Program-made: the position numbers and the translations under genes
Part shown: positions 56,130-64,000 of the stretch, in pieces
How positions within the stretch are numbered: position 1 is the stretch's first letter
Layout of the letters: each line of letters begins with the position of its first letter
The notes under the pieces: model-generated
Database searches by the model: none
What the model saw: the letters and a program-made list of their open reading frames with translations, nothing else
What the model was told of the DNA's origin: nothing
Assembly: GCA_964016885.1 (NCBI GenBank)
Contig: OZ024742.1
Span: forward strand, 32,178,001-32,242,000
DNA from: Eledone cirrhosa
Lineage: Eukaryota
Direction of reading: 5' to 3'
DNA: 64,000 nt

Positions 56130-56350
56130 TTTAGCAGTGGAGACATCTGGTGTCTTTGGTCTACCATCGGGAAGGAGTTGGCTACCAGCAGATGTGAGCC
56201 TCGCGAGCTGGAATGGCTCATCCAACGCATCTCCCTCGCCATCCTCCAGGAAAACGCCTACTCTATTCTGTCCTCCGGGGCCACGGGGCGGCCAGCGCGT
56301 GGGTCTCCGTTTGTAAGAGATGGCGAGAGCGAGAGGAACGGAGGCAGTAA
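56130..56350 (+). pseudogene. CRE-type RLE fragment
   Basis: LAVETSGVFG..CEPRELEWLIQRISLAILQENAYSILS. Confidence 0.75.
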
Positions 56351-56576
56351 TTTATACAAGTAGCATTCCCATAATTGAACAGCAGAAAACTAGAACAACA
56401 CTGGTAATATCTGTATCTGTTTGTGTTCGTATGTTTGTGTTTGTTGTGCGTTCACCTTGATAATTGTCATAGAGATCTTCTGAAAGTACTCAGTGTTAAG
56501 AAGGAGGAATTAAAAGTGGAATGAGTCCATAAAAGCGATAGGAAAGAGGAAGATACAATGAAACAACAGTGGCTTC

Positions 56577-56925
56577 GGCAATGCTGGTTTAGTCACTGCC
56601 TTCGTCTCTCTCGCTCTCCCCATCTCTCAATATTATAGGCAAATAGGGGCCCACGTGCTGGCCGCCCTGCGGCGTTTCCCCTGAAAATGGTGAGGGAGAC
56701 GCGTTGGAAGAGCCATTCCACCTCGTAAGGCTCACACCTACGGGTAGCCAACTCTGTGCCGATGGTGATGAGTAGGGAGGTGCCAAGCACACCAAAAATC
56801 TCCACTGTTATGGGCTCGATCGCAAAACTGTCGGAGAGCGATCTATATTTGGAGAGTTTACCCTCCTCGGTCCGAAGTGCAGCAGAGCCTGGGTTAGTCG
56901 CAGACTGCACCAGGTTTCCGCTGGA
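56577..56925 (-). pseudogene. CRE-type RLE fragment
   Basis: QSATNPGSAA..KLSKYRSL..PITVEIFGVLG..CEPYEVEWLFQRVSLTIFRGNA. Confidence 0.78.
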
Positions 56926-56929
56926 GAAA

Positions 56930-57262
56930 TGTTTTTGCTTCTAGCATCTAGCTGTCAGTCTTTGATATTTTTCTCACTTCTAACATATAGCAAGCGATCC
57001 ATTCGTCACAAAGATTGTTTTTACGCCTAACATATAGCTAGCCATCTTCCGCGAAAGTTTTTCTCGCTTCTAAAATATAGCTAGTCGTCCATCTTGAATA
57101 TTATTTTCGTTTCTAACATATATCTAGCTCTGTCATGAATATTCCTGCTTCTAACATATAGCTAGCTCTCCGACATGAATATTCTCGCTTCTAACATATA
57201 GCTGGCTGGCTGTCAAGAAGATTCTCGCTTCTAACATATAGCTAACTGTCCACTTTGAATGT
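56930..57262. repeat. Diverged ~40-bp minisatellite (ttctcgcttctaacatatagctagc core)
   Basis: About 7-8 copies. Confidence 0.8.
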
Positions 57263-58033
57263 TCTTCGTGGAATGACCAAATGAGGTTTATTTTTCAACA
57301 TAGTCCCCGGAAAGAAACAATGCAGTAATTAACAAGAAGAATTGAAATTAATGCATGCAAGATTTCACAGCCCTAGCATCACTCCTTTAGAGTCAGCCTA
57401 TACACTTTTCAGCCGACCTTCGTACATATCAAGCCTACCAGTGAAACAAATCTTGACACTATTTCAAGTCGTTAAAGTATTTATTACATAATGTAGTTTA
57501 TATAGAGAGATACGTGCGTGGCACTGTTCCTATTGTCTAGTGTTTGAAATTCCAAAATCGTATCTGTCTTCTCCATGTACGAAGACAAGTGGATACTGAA
57601 GAGGTTCTTACTTCTTTTTATGTTATTTTCTTGAAGTTTTAGGTCAGTTTCTCTCTTTCCACAACCCTGGTCACTTGTGAAAACGCGTGGCTTAGTGGTT
57701 AGAGGATTGGATTCGGAATTGTGAGGTAGTGAGTTCGATACCCGGACTGGGCGATGTATTATGTCCTTGAGTAAAACACTTTATTTCACGTTGTTCTTTC
57801 TGCCTGGAGTTGCGACCGATAGATAGTATCAGCAATGGAAAGACGAATGGAAACATTGTTTCCCTGGTCCAATTCGACGAGTTCCACCCCCACTCGGTAA
57901 TCAAATGAGGTCTGGTATCATGTCAATTGATTCCTCTCCTTATGATTAAGGGAAGCTCACTGGAAGCTGGGGCACTGAAACAACTACGATATTGTTCTTG
58001 TGATTGGTCACCTATATTAATGACTAATTCACA

Positions 58034-58147
<114 letters not shown>

Positions 58148-58752
58148 ATATATATATATACATAGATGAATATGTATACATGCATACATATATACATACA
58201 TACATACTCGCACACACAGAGGCACATATCCACTCTACATATATCTGACTCTAAATGTTGCTTAACATAAGTTCTGTTTGCCATTGATTACAACAGTTTT
58301 GGTTGTTATGACAAATACCAAAGTTGAAGTAATTAGGCCAGGTTTATTGTAAAACAGAAAGCACAGTAATGAGTACAGACCAACCCAATCCAATCCAGGG
58401 CGTTCTCACTCCTATTGTAGGAACCCCTTCCGTGGTTGGCCTCCAACACTTTCAGGGGTGTAGCCATATTCACCACGTTTGGCCAATTACGGGTTGGTGA
58501 GACTATTTAATCCATAGTTGGGATACATATATATACATGTAAGAATATTTTTGAAACAGCGAGCGAGTTTGAAATTATAAATGTAAGCTATCGCCGTATT
58601 TTGACTAAAGAAATTAAGGAAAATTATTTAGCCTGATAGTGGGGTTAAGAACTCTCGGAGAAATGGAAAAAGATGAGTATTGACGTACGCGTATATACGT
58701 GTACATACAAGTATATATACGTATATACGCGTATATACGTACATCTATCTAT

Positions 58753-59125
58753 CTAAGGCGGGTAAAATTCCCGAAATCCATGGACGAGTTCTCTCCAGCG
58801 GTCTCTGTCCCTCATTATCACTGCCATGTCCTGCGTCTCCAACAGACCAGTGTCTGTCCTTAGGGCATCAACATACGTTAACCTTGGTCTTCCTCTTCCA
58901 GTGTGTCCATGCAGGGGCTCCCACAGGAGCACTGGGTGCAGTGTCAACTCTGGATGTCAGTGAGCATGTCCAGCTAACCTCAGTTTTCTCTGTGTCACTC
59001 TTGAGCTGACTTTTGGGAGGCTCCCGTACAGCTCTGAGTTTTTCATCCTCAGTGTATACTGATTAATGTTCAGAGCCATCCTCAGCATTCTCGTGTAGCA
59101 CCCATCCACCATCCCATCCAGGGAC
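58753..59125 (-). pseudogene. 3' fragment of an RTE-like LINE ORF
   Basis: DGCYTRMLRMALN..RKLRLAGH..LLWEP..GRGRPRLTYVD..MRDRDRWR. Confidence 0.8.
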
Positions 59126-59333
59126 TTCTCTCCTATAGGAGGAACACCTCCCTGGTTGACCTCCACCACTTGTTGTTTGGTTTTAGTTATATCAGGGATG
59201 TAGTCGTACTCACCACGTTTGGCCGATTGGAGATTTGTGAGGCTACTTAACCCGTAGTTGTGATATATACATATATATACATGTAAGTATGTATGTATAC
59301 GTACATACATATATGTATACAGACGTACAGTAG

Positions 59334-59413
<80 letters not shown>

Positions 59414-59728
59414 TACAGGTACACATATATATATGTACGTATCAGTTTAGCGAACGTTTATTATAACGCTCGCTTTGTCCGTTTGTAAACAAGCGAACAG
59501 CCTGATTTATGCCATACGGTGTTAAGGCAACCACGTCACCTTTTTGTTCAACACTGACACAGGAACGATGTACTAGTTTCAAGCTTGTTAGCTATCATCA
59601 GCACCGTATACCCTTCTGCCAGATAGTTGAACGTTCGAAAGTATATACTTTCCTTATGAGTACTAAGAGTGAGAAATGAAATTTCGTTTCATTATATTAC
59701 AACATATATATACATATATATACATATA

Positions 59729-59785
<57 letters not shown>

Positions 59786-59795
59786 CAGCGCGGTT

Positions 59796-59834
<39 letters not shown>

Positions 59835-59860
59835 GTAGTAGTAGTAGTAGCGCGGTTGTG

Positions 59861-59900
<40 letters not shown>

Positions 59901-59924
59901 GGTAGTAGTAGTAGCGCGGTTGTG

Positions 59925-59970
<46 letters not shown>

Positions 59971-59989
59971 CAGCGCGGTTGTGGTAGTG

Positions 59990-60032
<43 letters not shown>

Positions 60033-60033
60033 G

Positions 60034-60074
<41 letters not shown>
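59729..60074. repeat. (AGT)n with periodic gcgcggttgtgg interruptions
   Basis: Higher-order duplication of a triplet tract. Confidence 0.9.
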
Positions 60075-60075
<1 letters not shown>

Positions 60076-60859
60076 CATAGATTACATCTTGTTATTCCAT
60101 CAACTTACAAGAAAACTTTTGTTTGAAGAAAATATTTTAGAATAAAATATTTTACTCAGTTTTTTCTATTCTACTTTGATTATATATTTCTAGCGTTCTA
60201 TTTGGTCTCTCTCTCCCTCTCTCACACACACACCTTCTCCCTCTCATCCTCTCTCTCTCACCCTCTCTCTCTTTTTCTCTCTCTCTTCCTCCCTCCTCTT
60301 TCTCTCTCTCCCCTCTCCCCCCCCCCTCTCTCTCTCCACTAATAACTGCTGACAGAGATATTTGACAGCCTTTGATAAGGTTCAGTAATTTCACTGATGT
60401 TGTGTAACCACCAGTGGTGGTCTGTTTAGAGTATTGGAACAGAGAGAGAGAGGGGGAGATGGGAGAGAGAGAGAGAGGGATGGATAGATAGAGGGGAGAG
60501 AGCGAGAGAGAGAGGAGGCAGAGAGGAGGGATAGATAGATGGAGGGGGGGTGAGAGAAAGAGAGAGGAGAGATAGATGGAGGGGAAAGAATGAGAGAGAG
60601 AGAGAGAGAGAGGGGGAAGAGAGGAGGGATAAATAAATGGAGGAGGGGGAGTGAGAGAGAGAGGAGAAATAGATAGATGGAGGGGAGAGAGTGAGAGAGA
60701 GAGAGAGTGTGTGTGATGGAGCGAGGGTGGGAGTGGGGGCAGGGAAGAACATTTTGTCTAAAAACAATAAAAGGAACTATATAAGCGTTATGGATTATGT
60801 GTGTGTATGTATGTATGTATGTATGTATGTATGTATGTATGTATGTATATATGCATGCA

Positions 60860-60893
<34 letters not shown>

Positions 60894-60920
60894 ATGTATA
60901 TGTGTGTTTATATATGCATG

Positions 60921-60972
<52 letters not shown>

Positions 60973-61183
60973 GTGTGTATGCAATGTGTGTGGGTATATA
61001 TACTTGTGTGCCAAAAAAAGCTTCAAAAGCCCCCCGTGAGAGAGAAAAACAAACAACTTATAAAGAGATAAAGAAAAGATTTTATAAAAGCAACAAACTT
61101 TGGAATCTTAAAGGGGGAACTGTAATATTTGAGTGAGTAAACCCGATCACAACAGCATCTGATGTGCACGAGGTGTATCTGGG

Positions 61184-61420
61184 ATGGGAGCGGTGACTAA
61201 TCTCTCAGAGGCTGAGGTCACACGAGCAATTAAAGAGCTCAAATGTGGCAAGGCCTCTGAGGAAGATAATATCCGATCTGAGATGTTAAAAGCCTTAAAT
61301 AGAGACGGTGTTCTCTGGCTGACTCGTGTGTGCCGGGTGACCGGGATCTCTGGAAAGGCACATAAGCAATGGCAATCGGGAGTGATAATTCCAATTTTCA
61401 GAAAGGGAGACAAGAGAGAA
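61184..61420 (+). pseudogene. Internal RTE LINE RT fragment
   Basis: EVTRAIKELKCGKA..DNIRSEMLK..WQSGVIIPIFRKGD. Confidence 0.8.
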
Positions 61421-62103
61421 TAAAAAGAAGAAGAATTGGTGATTTTAAAGCTGGGGAACTCTATATTTGAGTGGATAAAGGTTTCTACCGCTTACATAGG
61501 AGTGTAAGAGTTGGCAGAGTCGTTAGAGCGTCGGATAGAATGCTTTGTCATATTCGTTTCGGCTCTCTGAGTTCAAATCCCGTCGATATAATTGACTTTC
61601 CCCTCTCTACGTATTGTTGGTCTTCTACCTATATTAGAAATAATTATTATTGCCTTGTCACAGGATTATTGAGACAGCTCTGTGTACCTTGGTGATGTGC
61701 AGTGTTGTTTTTAGTTTTATTGTTTCGATTGTATAGAAATATGGCGGCTAATTGGCAGAGTCATTAAAATGTTGAATAGAATGATTTGTAGTATTTGTTT
61801 CGTCTCTCTGCTGTCAGGGTTCAAATCCCGCCGAGGTCAACTTTGCTTTTCATCCATTCAAGGGCGATAAAAAAAAGTACCAGTCTAGTTCTGGGGGTTG
61901 ATTCTTCCTCTATATCTCTGTCACATTTCCATTTTTCACTTTCTCTCCTTCTCTGGAAAAAATCTGCTGTATTCAGACCCGGAGAGGAGATGGGCCCTAC
62001 CAGGTTTAAAAAGTGACCTAGAAACTCCTTTTGAAGTCCCTAAAGTACCAATTCAGTACTGGGTCTTCTTCTTTCTATATATATATGTCTGTCTTTATCA
62101 CTT

Positions 62104-62163
<60 letters not shown>

Positions 62164-62912
62164 CACACGCACACGCACATATATATATATATATATATAT
62201 ATACACGCGCACACGCACATATATATATATATATAAAATTATTACTCTGTCTCTCTCTCTCTGTCTCTCTCTCTCTCTCTATCTTCCCTCTCTCCATCTA
62301 TCTATCTCTTTCTCTTTATCACACACACACACTTTCTCTCGTGTTCTATCCTTCTCTGGAAGATATCTGCTGTGTTCAGAGATGGAGAAAAATGAGCTAC
62401 GCAATGTTTTAAACAGCCGAAACATGAGGTGTGCCAGAACAGCGCCATTACGTTACCATTAGGAAGTAAGGACCGTTTTCTCTTCCTATATAGGTGTGTG
62501 GTTTGAGCTATATACAGTTTATATTGAGGGGGTGGTCAGTTACTGTATGTACCAATCAAAACAAAGGACTACTTGTTGGGTAAAAGATAAAATACTACTG
62601 ATGTTTTGAATGAAGCATGTTGAAACTCACCACACTACTCACCCACTAACCAGGTGACTTTTCCTCACCGCATAGTCTTTTTTTTTTCTAACAACACCAA
62701 TAACAATACTAGTCCTAAACCTGTGGTCCTCAAATGTAGTAACGTGTGTCTGTGAGCATAATGCGTAGACACATTTCAAAAGCCTGCGGACGTGAGAAGA
62801 TTCTTTTAAATAGAGGTTTCCTTGGTATTTGCAGTATTTGCTCCGAGATTTCTGTGTTCTTACTTCAAACCTCAGCGAGATCATTTATGTCTTTCATCGT
62901 TTCAAGATCAAT

Positions 62913-64000
62913 GAATATGACATGATATGGTCCCGTTACTTCTGTAGGAGTCGTAGGGTTGACTTAATGGAATATGACATGATATGGTCCCGTTACTTCT
63001 GTAGAAGTCGTAGGGTTGCCTTATTGGAATATGACATGATATGGTCCCGTTACTTCTGTAGAAGTCGTAGGGTTGACTTAATGGGATATGACATGATATG
63101 GTCCCGTTACTTCTGTAGGAGTCGTAGGGTTGCCTTAGTGGAATATGACATGATATGGTCCCGTTACTTCTGTAGGAGTCGTAGGGTTGCCTTAGTGGAA
63201 TATGACATGATATGGTCCCGTTACTTCTGTAGGAGTCGTAGGGTTGCCTTAGTGGAATATGACATGATATGGTCCCGTTACTTCTGTAGGAGTTGTAGGG
63301 TTGACTTAGTGGAATATGACATGATATGGTCCCGTTACTTCTGTAGGAGTTGTAGGGTTGACTTAGTGGAATATGACATGATATGGTCCCGTTACTTCTG
63401 TAGGAGTTGTAGGGTTGACTTAGTGGAATATGACATGATATGGTCCCGTTACTTCTGTAGGAGTTGTAGGGTTGACTTAGTGGAATATGACATGATATGG
63501 TCCCGTTACTTCTGTAGGAGTCGTAGGGTTGACTTAGTGGAATATGACATGATATGCTCCCGTTACTTCTGTAGGAGTTGTAGGGTTGACTTAGTGGAAT
63601 ATGACATGATATGGTCCCGTTACTTCTGTAGGAGTTGTAGGGTTGACTTAGTGGAATATGACATGATATGGTCCCGTTACTTCTGTAGGAGTCGTAGGGT
63701 TGACTTAGTGGAATATGACATGATATGGTCCCGTTACTTCTGTAGGAGTTGTAGGGTTGACTTAGTGGAATATGACATGATATGGTCCCGTTACTTCTGT
63801 AGGAGTCGTAGGGTTGACTTAGTGGAATATGACATGATATGGTCCCGTTACTTCTGTAGAAGTCGTAGGGTTGACTTAGTAGAATATGACATGATATGAT
63901 CCCGTTACTTCTGTAGGAGTCGTAGGGTTGCCTTAGTGGAATATGACATGATATGGTCCCGTAACTTCTGTAGAAGTTGTAGGGTTGCCCTGGTGGCATA
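62913..64000. repeat. 57-bp minisatellite, about 19 highly similar copies, reaching the window end
   Basis: gaatatgacatgatatggtcccgttacttctgtaggagtcgtagggttgacttagtg, with period 57 (62914 to 62971). Confidence 0.97.

Noticed and set aside
57270-57424. Mariner-like terminal pieces (also ~62350-62465) and short GC-rich MITE-like ends (~43800-44056, ~45830, ~49206, ~55110)
   Set aside because: They are too short and unpaired to define elements reliably by eye.

Overview
Eukaryotic, very AT-rich, repeat-dominated DNA. It is inferred to be cephalopod (Octopus-like) from the tRNA-derived SINE families, RTE LINEs and the density of TA/CA microsatellites; this is not verified. There is one convincing host gene: an intronless 586-aa PI-PLC X-domain (PLCXD-like) ORF at 12878-14638 (-). 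The rest is mobile DNA and simple repeats: a frameshifted RTE LINE with a PHD-like finger, a near-intact ~5.7-kb Tx1/L1-type LINE plus a truncated sister copy, both in (TATC)n, three Penelope-like (PLE) remnants, CRE-type endonuclease fragments, a Helitron end, SINEs and minisatellites. The most notable hidden layer is RNA. More than a dozen hammerhead-ribozyme (HHR) motifs can be read by eye in short islands between TA microsatellites. Among them is a family whose three core strands occur in a non-circularly permuted, pseudoknotted order (NUH, then GAAA, then CUGAUGA), with compensatory base changes between copies (20295, 25194, 28184, 29783, and possibly 37170 on the minus strand). Most ORFs in the supplied track are microsatellite artefacts. 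All structures were read manually and no searches or folding programs were run.
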